Positions 49,108 through 59,006 of a DNA stretch of 64,000 nucleotides are shown piece by piece. Position numbers and translations under genes: made by a program. Within the stretch, counting starts at the first letter, position 1, and every line of letters begins with the position of its first letter. The notes beneath the pieces were generated by a model, which saw only the letters and a program-made list of their open reading frames with translations, was not told the origin of the DNA and did not search any database. This DNA is from Vicinamibacterales bacterium (GTDB taxonomy: Bacteria > Acidobacteriota > Vicinamibacteria > Vicinamibacterales > UBA2999): NCBI GenBank assembly GCA_035711805.1, contig DASTBV010000100.1, positions 1,552-65,551 of the forward strand, in the 5' to 3' direction.

Positions 49108-49546
49108 AAGACGTCGACAGACTCTGAATACTGCGGCGGAACTCGAGCGGGTTGGCGATGTTGTGGAACGTTTCGCGCACGCCGCCGGTGCCGGTCAGCG
49201 TGATCGTGCCGAAGTTGAAGATGCGTCCGGTGAGGCTCTGGTCGACGGAGATCGCTTCCACCTGCCGAATCAGCAACTCGAGCGTGCGCCGCTGAATGAG
49301 ACCGACCTTGATGATCACGCGCTTGCTCGTGACGCCGAACTCCGACGTGGTGCGTTCCAGCCAGGGCGGCACTGCCATCAACAGGCCCACCCCACCGATG
49401 ATCGCCCCAACCATCGGCTGTAAGACGGTCAGCACGACCAGGCCGACGACGACCACCGCGATCGCCTTGAGAAACACGATCCAGTGCAGACGCGCACGCT
49501 GGACCACAGCCTCACCGGGCAACAGATTCGCTTCGATGTATCCCAT
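49106..49546 (-). CDS. bacterial PH-domain (bPH_2, YdbS/YdbT-like) membrane protein
   Basis: ATG at 49546 overlaps the upstream stop (TAATG). LLPGEAVVQRARLHW, then two TM segments, then a PH-like C-terminal part. Confidence 0.8.
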   Translation of the reverse strand: MGYIEANLLPGEAVVQRARLHWIVFLKAIAVVVVGLVVLTVLQPMVGAIIGGVGLLMAVPPWLERTTSEFGVTSKRVIIKVGLIQRRTLELLIRQVEAISVDQSLTGRIFNFGTITLTGTGGVRETFHNIANPLEFRRSIQSLSTS

Positions 49547-50394
49547 TACTGCTTCCTGTGGAGATTGAGCGTCACGTGGTTGGTCCCTTCCTTCGAAACG
49601 AACGACTGCTGCAGAAATTCGCCGCTGAATCCGGCCGGCACCCATCCTTCAGTCGCGTAACGGAAGAGCGTGGCGAGATAGACGCCCTGCAGCGTCGAGA
49701 AGAACACCGTCAGCGCGATCGCACCGGCCACGAACAGCCCAATCCCCGCCGGGCGTCCGGCGAACAGGGCCACCGCGGCCGCAATCGCCATCAACGCCAC
49801 CCACATGACGAGCGCGGCGAGACCGACGGTCACTGGGACCGCGATGCTCTCGCCCCACGTCTCCTTGAAGACGCTCACGGATCGAGTGAACGAATCGCGA
49901 ATCGATCGCTCCTCCAGCACGAGCACCGGCACGATGAAGAACGTCGCCAGCGACCACGCGATGCCGAGCACCCTCGTGAGCAGTTGGCCGAGAAAACCGG
50001 CCTTGTCGTGGATCGCGCGGATGACAGTGCCGACCGTCGCGGCAACGAGCGCCCACGCGACGATCGACCCGATTCGCCGTCCGGCAGCCGACAACGCCGA
50101 TCCCACAGTCGGATCACCACCGCGCATCCGCTCGGTCGCACCAGCGACTACGGCTGCCTGGAAGAAGATGCCGACCGTATAGACGACGACGAACAGCAGA
50201 AAGAGGGGGGCGTAGGTGTCGAAGCCGCCAGCCCGCACAACTGACGGCGTCAGACCGAAGCCGAAAGCGAAGCTCAGGGCCACGCTGATATTGATGACAC
50301 CCGCGATTAACGGCAACACCATCAGCTCCTTGTCGTGCAGGAGAATCCGGTACGACTGCGTGACGATGTCGAAGCTTCGGCTGAGACGTTCCAT
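49546..50394 (-). CDS. polytopic membrane protein (DUF6159-like)
   Basis: N-terminus MERLSRSFDIVTQSYRILLHDKELMVLPLIAGV and about 6 TM segments. The family call is from memory of this N-terminal pattern. Confidence 0.7.
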   Translation of the reverse strand: MERLSRSFDIVTQSYRILLHDKELMVLPLIAGVINISVALSFAFGFGLTPSVVRAGGFDTYAPLFLLFVVVYTVGIFFQAAVVAGATERMRGGDPTVGSALSAAGRRIGSIVAWALVAATVGTVIRAIHDKAGFLGQLLTRVLGIAWSLATFFIVPVLVLEERSIRDSFTRSVSVFKETWGESIAVPVTVGLAALVMWVALMAIAAAVALFAGRPAGIGLFVAGAIALTVFFSTLQGVYLATLFRYATEGWVPAGFSGEFLQQSFVSKEGTNHVTLNLHRKQ

Positions 50395-50417
50395 CGCGCT
50401 CCCCAGACATCCGGCGG

Positions 50418-50445
50418 GTCCGCCTGAAGGCGGACACTACGACGG
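50418..50445 (+). repeat. REP-like hairpin element, canonical copy
   Basis: GTCCGCC-TGAA-GGCGGAC-ACTACGACGG. It lies between the CPBP stop and the DUF6159-like gene start. Confidence 0.9.
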
Positions 50446-50454
50446 TGGGCGGTA

Positions 50455-51300
50455 TTATGCCTGCGCCGCAAGCCGCAGACGACGGACGGCTCGATACCCG
50501 GCAACCGTCAGGCCCGTGAGCATGGCCAGCGACGCAATCGCGACTAGAAAGCCTCCGTCCACGCCTGTTTCGCGAATCAGCGCCGGTGGCGATGACGACA
50601 GCTGCCATTCGGGACGGCCCGTCATCCAGAGTCGCCCGAGCGACCAGATGTCGCCGCCAACATGAAGGACGAGCGAAGGCAGGATGGAGTTCGCCGCCCA
50701 CGTCAGCCCGCCGTATACCGCCGCGACGGCGATGTAATACGGCAGCATCACCAGGACGCTGTCCGGATGATTCGGGAAGTGCAGCAGCCCGAACATCGTA
50801 CCGTTGACGAGAATCGCCAGCGGCAGGCCGTAGCGCTCTTCGATCGGCGTCTGCATGTAGCCGCGAAAGGCTGCTTCCTCCGTCACCCCCGCAACCACGG
50901 ACGCCATCGTCAACAGCACGAGCATCGTAACGGCCGGCATGCCTGCGGGCGTAGGAATCTGCGCTGATTGCGGGAGCGGCACCAGCCGCGCCATGACGGT
51001 AATCAGGGCGAAGAGCGCGCCGAAGCCGACCAGACCAGCAACGAGCGCCACCGGCCAGAGATCGCCGGAGAGCGCGTTCGCCCGAAGGTCGTGACGACGT
51101 GTGGCCGCGTGTTCCGGCGATCCCCAGTCGCCGCGGATGAATGTCCAGTAGCCCCAGAGATACGCGGCCATCGGCAACGCAGCCCACGGCACGCTCACGC
51201 CGACGCGCAGGTTCAACGGCGCCAGCATGAACCCCCACGGCAGGCTGCCCGCGAAGAGGACCGCGACACCGACCATCACCGCAGTGACGATCGTCGTCAC
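50455..51300 (-). CDS. CPBP-family intramembrane glutamic endopeptidase (CAAX protease-like)
   Basis: Motif 1 EEAAFRGY (EExxxR) and motif 2 FGLLH. GTG start at 51300, with an alternative ATG at 51276. Confidence 0.85.
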   Translation of the reverse strand: MTTIVTAVMVGVAVLFAGSLPWGFMLAPLNLRVGVSVPWAALPMAAYLWGYWTFIRGDWGSPEHAATRRHDLRANALSGDLWPVALVAGLVGFGALFALITVMARLVPLPQSAQIPTPAGMPAVTMLVLLTMASVVAGVTEEAAFRGYMQTPIEERYGLPLAILVNGTMFGLLHFPNHPDSVLVMLPYYIAVAAVYGGLTWAANSILPSLVLHVGGDIWSLGRLWMTGRPEWQLSSSPPALIRETGVDGGFLVAIASLAMLTGLTVAGYRAVRRLRLAAQA

Positions 51301-51381
51301 AGGGCCTGCAGCAGTGCGAGCGCAAGTGCGGCGCGATCATGTCCGGCCGGCGGCGCTACGGCGGTCAGGCCGAGGATCGCC

Positions 51382-52914
51382 TCAGATGATGGCAGGACGC
51401 CTCTTGCCGTGCTGCGTGGTCTGTTCGAAGACGTGCGCGAGCTGCAGAACGCTCCATTCGTCGCGATGGCGGCCGACGATCTGCAGCCCGACCGGGAGTC
51501 CGGCCTTCGTAAAGCCTGCGGGCACGGAGATCGCCGGGTTCGACATGAAGCTCACATACCAGCACGAGCGCATCCAGTCGATGTAGGTAGTCATCGCCGT
51601 GCCGGCGATGCTCGTCGGATACGGGATGCTGACGTCGAAGGGCACGACTTGCGTGACGGGAAGGATGAAGTAGTCGTACTTCTCGAACAACTGACGGCTC
51701 TGGTCGTACATCTGCGTCTGGCGCGCGATCGCGCGGCCGACATCTGCGGCCGTGAGACGCTCGGCCTGGGCGACCTCGAACTTGATCGTGTCCTTCACCC
51801 ATTCCGGCCGCTCGCGAACCAGCGCGGAGTTCTGCGCGTAGCTCGATGTGTATCGCAGCGTGGCAAACGCGTCCGCCACGCCCGTGAAGTCTGGTTCCGC
51901 TTCCTCGACAGCACACCCGAGCGCCTCGAACACGCGCCGTGTTGAATCGACCACCGTACGGATCTCCGGTTCGAACGGAACCCCGCCGAGGCCCTTCCAC
52001 CACGCCACGCGCACACCCTTGAAATCGCGGCCCAGCGGCGCACGGAAGCGGGCGCCGTCTTCCCCGTTCGTCAGCGGGCCACGCGAATCCGGGCCTGCGA
52101 GCGCGCTGAGAAACAGCGCCGCGTCCGCAACGGAGCGAGCCATCGGGCCCGACACCGACAGCGGCGACCAGCTATTGGTTTCGGTCGGGACTCGACCGGG
52201 CGACGGACGCAGACCCACGACGTTGCAGAACGCGGCAGGGTTCCGCAGCGAGCCGCCGACGTCCGTACCGTCGGCGATTGGGACCATCCCGCACGCCAGC
52301 GCGACCGCGGCACCGCCGCTGCTGCCACCACAGGTCCTGGTCAGGTCATACGGATTCAGGGTTGCCCCAAATACCTCGTTGAACGTCTGGGAGCCGGCGC
52401 CGAGCTCCGGCGTATTCGTCTTGCCGACGGTGATGGCGCCCGCCGCGCGCATGCGAGTCACGATCAGCGCGTCGCGGGTGGGAACGGTGTCGCGATAGAA
52501 CCGCGAACCCCTGGTGGTCCTGATGCCGGCGGTATCGACGAGATCCTTGTGCGCGACCGGCAGGCCGTGCAGCGGACCGGGCGTGCCACCTTTCGCCACG
52601 AGGTCGTCCGCGCGCGCGGCGTCGGCCATCGCGCGATCGGCCACGAGGGTGACGATCGCGTTCACCTTCGGATTGACCCGTTCAATGCGAGCCAGGTGGG
52701 CGCTCATGACGTCGCGGGCGGACAGGTCCTTGCGGCGAACGCGCGCAGTCAACTCGATCGCGCTCAGGTCGCACAGCTCGTCGCGTCCGGCAGGGGACTG
52801 GCTCACACCGCTCCCCTGAGCGCTCGCTGCCGCCGGCAGGGCGTGCAGCGCGCCGGCGACTGCCGCAATGCCAATGCGCTGCCCGAACGTCCGGCGATCG
52901 ATGCTGTCAGCCAT
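51382..52914 (-). CDS. amidase (amidase-signature family) with Tat-like signal
   Basis: DRRTFGQRIGIAAVAGAL N-terminus and the GGSSGG signature block. Confidence 0.9.
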   Translation of the reverse strand: MADSIDRRTFGQRIGIAAVAGALHALPAAASAQGSGVSQSPAGRDELCDLSAIELTARVRRKDLSARDVMSAHLARIERVNPKVNAIVTLVADRAMADAARADDLVAKGGTPGPLHGLPVAHKDLVDTAGIRTTRGSRFYRDTVPTRDALIVTRMRAAGAITVGKTNTPELGAGSQTFNEVFGATLNPYDLTRTCGGSSGGAAVALACGMVPIADGTDVGGSLRNPAAFCNVVGLRPSPGRVPTETNSWSPLSVSGPMARSVADAALFLSALAGPDSRGPLTNGEDGARFRAPLGRDFKGVRVAWWKGLGGVPFEPEIRTVVDSTRRVFEALGCAVEEAEPDFTGVADAFATLRYTSSYAQNSALVRERPEWVKDTIKFEVAQAERLTAADVGRAIARQTQMYDQSRQLFEKYDYFILPVTQVVPFDVSIPYPTSIAGTAMTTYIDWMRSCWYVSFMSNPAISVPAGFTKAGLPVGLQIVGRHRDEWSVLQLAHVFEQTTQHGKRRPAII

Positions 52915-52932
52915 TCACTGCCGCACTGAAGG

Positions 52933-52956
52933 CGTAGCTTCCGCCGCGAGGGGAAG
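52933..52956 (-). repeat. REP-like element, variant subfamily, degenerate
   Basis: The reverse strand reads CTTCCCC-TCGC-GGCGGAAG-CTACG. It shares GGCGGAAGCTACG with the 27341 copy. Confidence 0.55.
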
Positions 52957-52977
52957 TCTGAACCGACCACGACCACG

Positions 52978-53661
52978 TCACTCGACCCGTCGATAGACCC
53001 GCTCGTCGAGAGGGCTGCCGGAGACCGGCTGCACCTCGTCGCGGTACTGCTTCGTGTGAGCGGCCGCCGCATGGCGATCGAGCGCCTGCTGATCCGCCCA
53101 CACTTCGACAACCGTGAAGTGGTTGGCGCGGGCGGTGTGCTGGGTGACGTCGAAGCGGAGACACCCCGGCTCGGCGCGGCTCGCCTCCGCCAGTTTTGTG
53201 AGCATCGAAGGGACGTCTACCTTCCCACCCCCGCCGATGTCGACGTGGCTGACGACGATGACGGCGTTGCGGCCGGCGGCGCCGCGCGGCGGCGCGACGC
53301 TCACGGTCCTGTACGGTCGCTGGTCGTAGCCACTCGTGCGAATCGATTGCAATGAGTCTTTCAGCGCCAGGATCGACGCGTTCGACTGGTGGACGTCGAG
53401 GGCCGCCTGGTCGCGCCACGTTTCGACGACGGCAAAGTGGCCGGGCCGGCCGATCTGCTCGAACATCTCGGCCGCTACAAAGCCTGCCTCTCGCCCCGAT
53501 GCCTCCCGATACGCGTGAAACGCCTTTGCCGCGTGCGCCGCGCTGGACGGCGTCACTTCGAAATACGCGACGGCGTAGCGGGTTGCGTCGGCTGCCTGAG
53601 CCATCCCGACGGCCGACACGGATATAACGACGGCCAACGCGCGCAGTAGTTGGCGAATCAT
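52978..53661 (-). CDS. secreted protein with two ABM (antibiotic-biosynthesis-monooxygenase-like) domains
   Basis: ATG at 53661 inside track ORF 52978..54390. Signal peptide. Two repeats ending ETWRDQAALDVH and EVWADQQALDRH. Confidence 0.75.
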   Translation of the reverse strand: MIRQLLRALAVVISVSAVGMAQAADATRYAVAYFEVTPSSAAHAAKAFHAYREASGREAGFVAAEMFEQIGRPGHFAVVETWRDQAALDVHQSNASILALKDSLQSIRTSGYDQRPYRTVSVAPPRGAAGRNAVIVVSHVDIGGGGKVDVPSMLTKLAEASRAEPGCLRFDVTQHTARANHFTVVEVWADQQALDRHAAAAHTKQYRDEVQPVSGSPLDERVYRRVE

Positions 53662-53718
53662 CTGACTTCCATGAAACCGGCTGAATCCTAGCATGCGCCG
53701 GGCTATCCTCCGTCTGCG

Positions 53719-54930
53719 ATGAGCGCATCCCGCACGGCGGAGGCGGTGATCGCAGGCGCCGGGATCGGCGGAGTTGCCGCCGCGTACCAGCTTGCGGTGC
53801 GCGCCGGCGTCTCCCGCGTGGTGATTGTCGATCCGCGGGAGCCGCTCTCGCTCACTACCAGCAGAGGCTTCGAAGGCTATCGTAACTTCTGGCCGGGGCC
53901 GGACGACACAATGATGCGCTTCATGGACCGCAGCATCGATCTGCTGGAGGCGCTCGACCACGAGAGCGGACACGCGTTCGCCCTGAACCGCCGCGGCTAC
54001 GTATTTCTCACCGCCGACCCGGCGGAGGCGGAACGTCTCCGGGCAACGGCCACTCCCACCACGGAGTTTCTCGCGCACGGGCCGGGAATCCGCGCGCGCT
54101 ATCCCTTCGTCACCGATCGCGTCGTCGCGATGCTGCACGCACGCCGCGCCGGATATATGAACGCACTCGCCCTTGGCCGCTGGCTGCTGGAGCGAGCGGT
54201 TCGGCACGGCGTCGATATCGTTCGAGACGAAGTGAGCGACGTGATCGTCGAACACGGTGGGTTTATTGGCGTGCGGCTCGCATCCGGCGGCCGCATCGAC
54301 GCGCGGTCGTTCGTGCTGGCCGCAGGGCCGCGGCTGCCGGAGTGGGTCCAGAGGCTCGATCTCAACCTGCCGGTCGTCAACGAATTGCACGGCAAGATCT
54401 CATTCGAAGACGACTCCGGCGTCGTCCCGAGGGACGCGCCGATGATGATCTGGAACGACCCCGTGGAGATTGCCGGGCTCGGCACCTTTCCCGCGGGCGT
54501 TCATCTGCGCCCGCGCGGGGAGCGCTCGGTGCTCGGCATCTGGACCTACGACACGCGCATAGAGGAGGCGCGCGCTGATCCGGTCTTTCCGCCGCAGTAC
54601 GCCGAAATCGTGCTTGCCGGCCTGGCGGTGATGATTCCCGGGCTCGCCGCCTACCGCGGCGCCAGAGCAACGGTTGACGGCGGCTACTACTGCAAGACGC
54701 CCGACAACCGGCCCCTCGTCGGGCCCACGACAATCGCCGGCGTCTTTCTGCTCGGCGCGCTGTCCGGCTTCGGCGTTATGGCCTCGCAGGCCGCGGCTGA
54801 ACTCGTCGCCGGGCACGTCCTCGAACAGCCGCTCCCTGGTTATGCGGCGGCGTTTCTCCCGGGACGATTCGCCGATGCGGCGTATCGGCGAGGGCTCGCG
54901 GGCGCCGACGCGAGACACGGACAGCTATAG
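53719..54930 (+). CDS. FAD-dependent oxidoreductase (DAO family)
   Basis: N-terminal dinucleotide-binding motif VIAGAGIGGVAAAYQLA. Length and C-terminal pattern are typical of the DAO family. Confidence 0.85.
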   Translation: MSASRTAEAVIAGAGIGGVAAAYQLAVRAGVSRVVIVDPREPLSLTTSRGFEGYRNFWPGPDDTMMRFMDRSIDLLEALDHESGHAFALNRRGYVFLTADPAEAERLRATATPTTEFLAHGPGIRARYPFVTDRVVAMLHARRAGYMNALALGRWLLERAVRHGVDIVRDEVSDVIVEHGGFIGVRLASGGRIDARSFVLAAGPRLPEWVQRLDLNLPVVNELHGKISFEDDSGVVPRDAPMMIWNDPVEIAGLGTFPAGVHLRPRGERSVLGIWTYDTRIEEARADPVFPPQYAEIVLAGLAVMIPGLAAYRGARATVDGGYYCKTPDNRPLVGPTTIAGVFLLGALSGFGVMASQAAAELVAGHVLEQPLPGYAAAFLPGRFADAAYRRGLAGADARHGQL

Positions 54931-54976
54931 GGTGAACGGCGTTCCAGTGTCTGCCGGAACGCCTTGACGGCGTTCC

Positions 54977-55927
54977 TTAGCGCACGGCGATCGGCGCGAC
55001 CGTTGAGCCCGTGCCGCCCTGAATCTTCAGCGGCTCGACGATCAGCGCGAACTCGTAGGCGCGGCGCGCGGCGAGCTCGTCGAGCCGGAGGTTCTCGAGC
55101 AGGTGGATGCCGTTGACGACGAGCAGAATCTGGTGTCCCGGACCTGCCAGCTGCTTGTCGGGATTCGGCGAGATCTCGACGGCGGTGTTGTCCGCTCCGA
55201 CCAGCATCGGGTCCTGCCTCGCCAGCCACTCAGCGGCCGCGGTGCCAACGCCGGGACTGGCGCGCTGGTAGCGTGCGTTGTCCTTGCCCCACAGCGTCCC
55301 CCATCCGGTGTGGATCAGAATGGCATCGCCTGGCGCGATCGTCAGCTTCTGGCGCGCCAACGCGGCCTCGAGATCGGCCGGCGTGATTTCGTAGTTCTCC
55401 GCGAGCGCCGGAACGCCCTTCAGCGCCGCGACGTCCACGAGCACACCACGCGTCATCAGCGCCCCGACCTGTTCCACCCCCAGCTTCGAGAACCCTGTGC
55501 GCGTCGCCGCGTCCTCCAGCGTGACGCAGTTGTACATGCTGTTGCCGATCATCTGGTGGCTGAACGTGTCGAACTGCGTGCCCACCTGTCCGATCTCGGC
55601 GACGACCAGTTCCTCGTTCGAGCCGCGGCGGTTGATCCCGGGATCGTTCCTGGTGCGTTTGGTGAACAGATCGAACTGCCGGCCCGCAGGCATCGGCATC
55701 GATGGAGAGAGCACGCGCCCGAGCTCGAACACCTCACCGGTCTGGATCAGGCGGGCGGCCTTCAGCACCGTTGCCGGTTTCATGTGGTTGGCCGATCCGC
55801 GCTGGTCGCCGGCTCCCCATTTCGACGGACAGCGCTCGGTGTCCGCGGGCGGCTTCCACGCCTGCGCGGACGCAGAGCCGCTGTCGAACGCGATCAGGAG
55901 TGCCGCCAAAACGAAGATGCCGCGCAT
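54977..55927 (-). CDS. cyclase-family protein, secreted (Gln-variant metal motif)
   Basis: ATG at 55927 with GGAGGA upstream. Signal peptide MRGIFVLAALLIAFDSGSASA. The motif reads GQVGTQFDTFSH instead of HxGTHxDxPxH, which I believe is a known subfamily variant. Confidence 0.85.
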   Translation of the reverse strand: MRGIFVLAALLIAFDSGSASAQAWKPPADTERCPSKWGAGDQRGSANHMKPATVLKAARLIQTGEVFELGRVLSPSMPMPAGRQFDLFTKRTRNDPGINRRGSNEELVVAEIGQVGTQFDTFSHQMIGNSMYNCVTLEDAATRTGFSKLGVEQVGALMTRGVLVDVAALKGVPALAENYEITPADLEAALARQKLTIAPGDAILIHTGWGTLWGKDNARYQRASPGVGTAAAEWLARQDPMLVGADNTAVEISPNPDKQLAGPGHQILLVVNGIHLLENLRLDELAARRAYEFALIVEPLKIQGGTGSTVAPIAVR

Positions 55928-55947
55928 TGAAATCCTCCGCACACGCG

Positions 55948-55972
55948 AAAAAGGCCGACGTAAACGTCGGCC
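55948..55972 (-). terminator. rho-independent terminator downstream of the cytochrome c' gene
   Basis: The minus strand reads GGCCGACG-TTTA-CGTCGGCC followed by TTTTT. A second GC hairpin, GCGGACCC-GACG-GGGTCCGC, lies at 55994..56013. Confidence 0.6.
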
Positions 55973-56041
55973 TCTCCCACCCGTCGCGTGCACGCGGACC
56001 CGACGGGGTCCGCGCCACTAAAACGCAATCGAATCAGCCGC

Positions 56042-56482
56042 CTAGAGCACCCCGGCCTTGAAGGAGTACGGCGTGGCCTTGCCGTCGCCCTCGCGATAGA
56101 GCTTGTGGCACGCGCCGCACGTCGCGCCCTGGAACTCCTTCACCGCACCCTGCACCGCCATCTGATCGACCGTCGCGGCAGAGAGCATCTTGTCGATCGC
56201 GTCAAGCCGGCTCAAACCATCCTTGACGATCGCGACCGCATCGTCTTTCTTCACGCTCGCCCACATGCCCTGAAGCGTCATGAAGTTCGTGCGGAGCGCA
56301 GCCACCTGTGTGCGTGCGTCCGCGTAACTCGCCGAGGCGATGGCTTTGTTCATCGGCCCGAACGCCGACACGTTCGCTTTCATGATCTTGGCGTGTTCTT
56401 CCAACGTCATCTTGGCCTGAGCCGCCACGCCGACGGCGAAGACGAACAGGAGCGCCGATGTCCACATGAGGAATCGCTTCAT
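56042..56482 (-). CDS. cytochrome c' (class II, four-helix-bundle) like protein
   Basis: Signal peptide. About 125-aa helical mature part. A single CGACH heme motif lies near the C-terminus. AAGGAGGG SD is present. Confidence 0.8.
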   Translation of the reverse strand: MKRFLMWTSALLFVFAVGVAAQAKMTLEEHAKIMKANVSAFGPMNKAIASASYADARTQVAALRTNFMTLQGMWASVKKDDAVAIVKDGLSRLDAIDKMLSAATVDQMAVQGAVKEFQGATCGACHKLYREGDGKATPYSFKAGVL

Positions 56483-56577
56483 ATTGCCCTCCTTGGGAGC
56501 AAAAATCGCCGACAGGCGGGCGAATACTACGTCAGCGACATGAAGGAATCAACGAAGGAGCGCGATACGATCGGCGC

Positions 56578-56967
56578 ATGAAAAAGCCGGCCGCGAGCCA
56601 CGGTCCGTCAGCGTCGGACCTGATCTCGAACAGAATCGCCGACCTCGGCGACTGGCGCGGCGACACGCTCGCCAGAATGCGCAAGCTCATCAAGGATGCG
56701 GACCCGGACGTCGTCGAGGAGTGGAAGTGGATGAATCCGGTGTGGTCGCACGACGGCATCATCTGCACGGGCGAGGCGTACAAAAAGGCCGTGAAGCTGA
56801 CGTTCGCCAACGGCGCCGCGTTGAAGGATCCGGCCCGGCTGTTCAACTCGAGCCTCGAGGGAAACGTCCGCCGCGCGATCGACATCCACGAAGGAGTGCA
56901 GCTTGACGAGTCGGCTTTCAAGGCGCTCGTTCGCGAGGCCGTCGCTTTCAACAGGCAGGCAACCTGA
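56578..56967 (+). CDS. DUF1801 domain protein
   Basis: Pattern GDWRGDTLARMRKLIKDADPDVVEEWKWMNPVWSHDGIICTGEAYKKAVKLTF, typical of a YdhG-like subgroup. Confidence 0.8.
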   Translation: MKKPAASHGPSASDLISNRIADLGDWRGDTLARMRKLIKDADPDVVEEWKWMNPVWSHDGIICTGEAYKKAVKLTFANGAALKDPARLFNSSLEGNVRRAIDIHEGVQLDESAFKALVREAVAFNRQAT

Positions 56968-57014
56968 GTCGCGCTCCCTTCGTCCAAGCATCATCCGGCG
57001 CAGGGAGAACACTC

Positions 57015-57743
57015 ATGCGATATCTGGCCGTTCTGGCCGCCACAGTGCTGATCGTGCCGTTGCAGGCGCAGTCGTCCACGACCTTCGATGTGGTGTCGAT
57101 CAAGCCGAACAAGAGCGGAGCCGCCGCCTCGGAGACCGAGACGACCCCCGGACGACTGAATCTGATCAACGTGACGCCGCTGTCGCTGCTGCTCCGGGCG
57201 TTTGGCGTGCTGACGCCCCAGATCGTCGGCGCACCGGGCTGGCTCGCGACGGAGCGTTACGACGTGGTGGCGTCGGTGCCCGGCGGCGCCGTGCTGACTG
57301 ATCAGACCCGGCAGGCGTACATGGAGCGGATGCTGACCGATCGCTGGCGGCTTCGATACCACCGGGAGACACGGGACATTCCCGTCTATTCACTCGTGAC
57401 CGCGAACGAAGGGTCCAAGATGGTCACCCACACGGGCCCGGGTGAATACGGAATGAAGGTCGAGCGGGCTGGCCCGCGCGTGATTCTTCGGAGTACGCGA
57501 GGCAACATGCCGCGGCTGGTCGAGATTCTGAGCGGCTTTAGCGGCCGCGTGGTGAGCAACGACACCGGGCTCGGCGGCGAGTACGACTTCACGCTCGAAT
57601 GGATCCAGGATGCCAACGCCACTGATTCCGGCCCGTCGCTCTTTACGGCGCTGCGCGAGCAGCTTGGCCTCCGGCTGGTGTCCGCCGAGAGGCCCGCACC
57701 GGTGATCGTCATCGACCAGATCGAGCGGCCGTCTGAGAATTGA
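57015..57743 (+). CDS. TIGR03435-family secreted protein
   Basis: Signal peptide. Motifs FDVVSIKPNK, LLLRAFGV, ERYDV, LFTALREQLGLRL. It is the second family member in the window. Confidence 0.85.
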   Translation: MRYLAVLAATVLIVPLQAQSSTTFDVVSIKPNKSGAAASETETTPGRLNLINVTPLSLLLRAFGVLTPQIVGAPGWLATERYDVVASVPGGAVLTDQTRQAYMERMLTDRWRLRYHRETRDIPVYSLVTANEGSKMVTHTGPGEYGMKVERAGPRVILRSTRGNMPRLVEILSGFSGRVVSNDTGLGGEYDFTLEWIQDANATDSGPSLFTALREQLGLRLVSAERPAPVIVIDQIERPSEN

Positions 57744-57750
57744 GCCGCCG

Positions 57751-58608
57751 CTACTGCGGTACGCCGGCGAATGACCGGTTATCGAGCTTCGCCGCGAGCT
57801 CCACGAATTCGGGCCGCGGGCCATCCCACCGCAGCGACTCCACGTCGTCGAACAACGGCAGATGCGTGCGCAGCGTGGCCAGGTTGCGGAACAGCAGCGC
57901 CAGCTCCAGATCCCGTGCGAGCGTCTTCGCGAGCGCTCCTGAACTGGTGGCGTTCACGGACCACAGGGCGGGATCCATCGGGATCGCCTCGAGGTGAGCG
58001 AATCGCGCAAGCACTGCCGCCGTCGACTTGGCGCCCCAGCCGCGCAGGCCGGGATACCCGTCCGCGGCATCGCCTACCAGCGCGAGATAGTCGGGAATCG
58101 ACGCCGGTGAAACGCCGAATTTGCCTCGAATCCCGGCTTCGTCGAACGTCGTGCGCGTCCGCCGATTCATCTGTACGACGCGCGTTCCCTGCACGCACTG
58201 CGCCAGATCCTTGTCCGGCGTGCAGATGACGACGCGATCGACACGGGCGTCGCGAGCGGCGATCGCCGCCGCAGAGGCCAGCGCATCATCAGCCTCGAAC
58301 TCCGTCATCGGCCAGACGGCGATGCCCGCCGCCGCCAGCGCCTCTTCGAGAAGCGGGAACTGCGCGTAGAGCTCCGGCTCGATCCCTGCGCCTGTCTTGT
58401 ATCCCGGCCAGAGATCGTTGCGGAACGATTCGATGACATGGTCGGTCGCGACGCCGACGTATCGTGCTCCACCCGTGATCATCGCCAGGACCGACTGGAC
58501 GACGCCGCGCACCGCGGCGACTTCACGTCCGTCAGCGTCCTTCGCCGGCGGCAGCGCGTAGTAGTGGCGGAACAATTCGTAGGTGCCGTCGATGAGAACG
58601 ACGTCCAT
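57751..58608 (-). CDS. stand-alone 5'-3' exonuclease / flap endonuclease (Pol I N-terminal-domain-like)
   Basis: Motifs VATDHVIESFRNDLWPGYK, EFEADDALAS, TPDKDLAQ and the H3TH block LVGDAADGYPGLRGWGAKSTA. Its ATG overlaps the upstream stop (TAATG). Confidence 0.9.
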   Translation of the reverse strand: MDVVLIDGTYELFRHYYALPPAKDADGREVAAVRGVVQSVLAMITGGARYVGVATDHVIESFRNDLWPGYKTGAGIEPELYAQFPLLEEALAAAGIAVWPMTEFEADDALASAAAIAARDARVDRVVICTPDKDLAQCVQGTRVVQMNRRTRTTFDEAGIRGKFGVSPASIPDYLALVGDAADGYPGLRGWGAKSTAAVLARFAHLEAIPMDPALWSVNATSSGALAKTLARDLELALLFRNLATLRTHLPLFDDVESLRWDGPRPEFVELAAKLDNRSFAGVPQ

Positions 58609-59006
58609 TATCTGGCGCTCCGCGGCGGCCGCACGATCCGCGGCGACGACGAGAGCTGTTCGTAGCGGAAGCCGTCGGCGGGCCGATCGAGCTCGCGTAC
58701 GTAGAGAATCGCTTTCTGATCGCGTCCAGGCCTGCCGGACACGAGCAGCTGCTCGCCGGGTTTCAACGTGCTCGCGGTCATCCCGATCTGCACCAGCTCG
58801 AATCGATTATCCAGTTCCAGGCGCCACACGCTCGACAGCGAACCCGCCCTGGCCTCTGCGATCAGGTATGGGTGCGGATTCACGAAGTGAAACTCGCGGA
58901 CGACGACCGTCAGTGAAAGTTCGCGGGCGGCATCATACTCGGACAACGAGTGATGTCCATAGACGGGCGCCGCGGACAACAGGACGACGAACGCGAGAAT
59001 CTTCAT
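58608..59006 (-). CDS. secreted DUF6152-like protein
   Basis: ATG at 59006 (MKILAFVVLLSAAPVYGHHS) overlaps the upstream stop (ATGA). The pattern HHS...F.FVNPHPYL...W.LE resembles DUF6152. Confidence 0.65.
   Translation of the reverse strand: MKILAFVVLLSAAPVYGHHSLSEYDAARELSLTVVVREFHFVNPHPYLIAEARAGSLSSVWRLELDNRFELVQIGMTASTLKPGEQLLVSGRPGRDQKAILYVRELDRPADGFRYEQLSSSPRIVRPPRSAR

Noticed and set aside
48422-49423. ORFs translating as FESFESFES..., TRTTRTTRT... and LERLERLER...
   Set aside because: They are produced purely by reading through the 9-nt tandem arrays, because a 9-nt unit keeps the frame. There is no flanking protein-like sequence.
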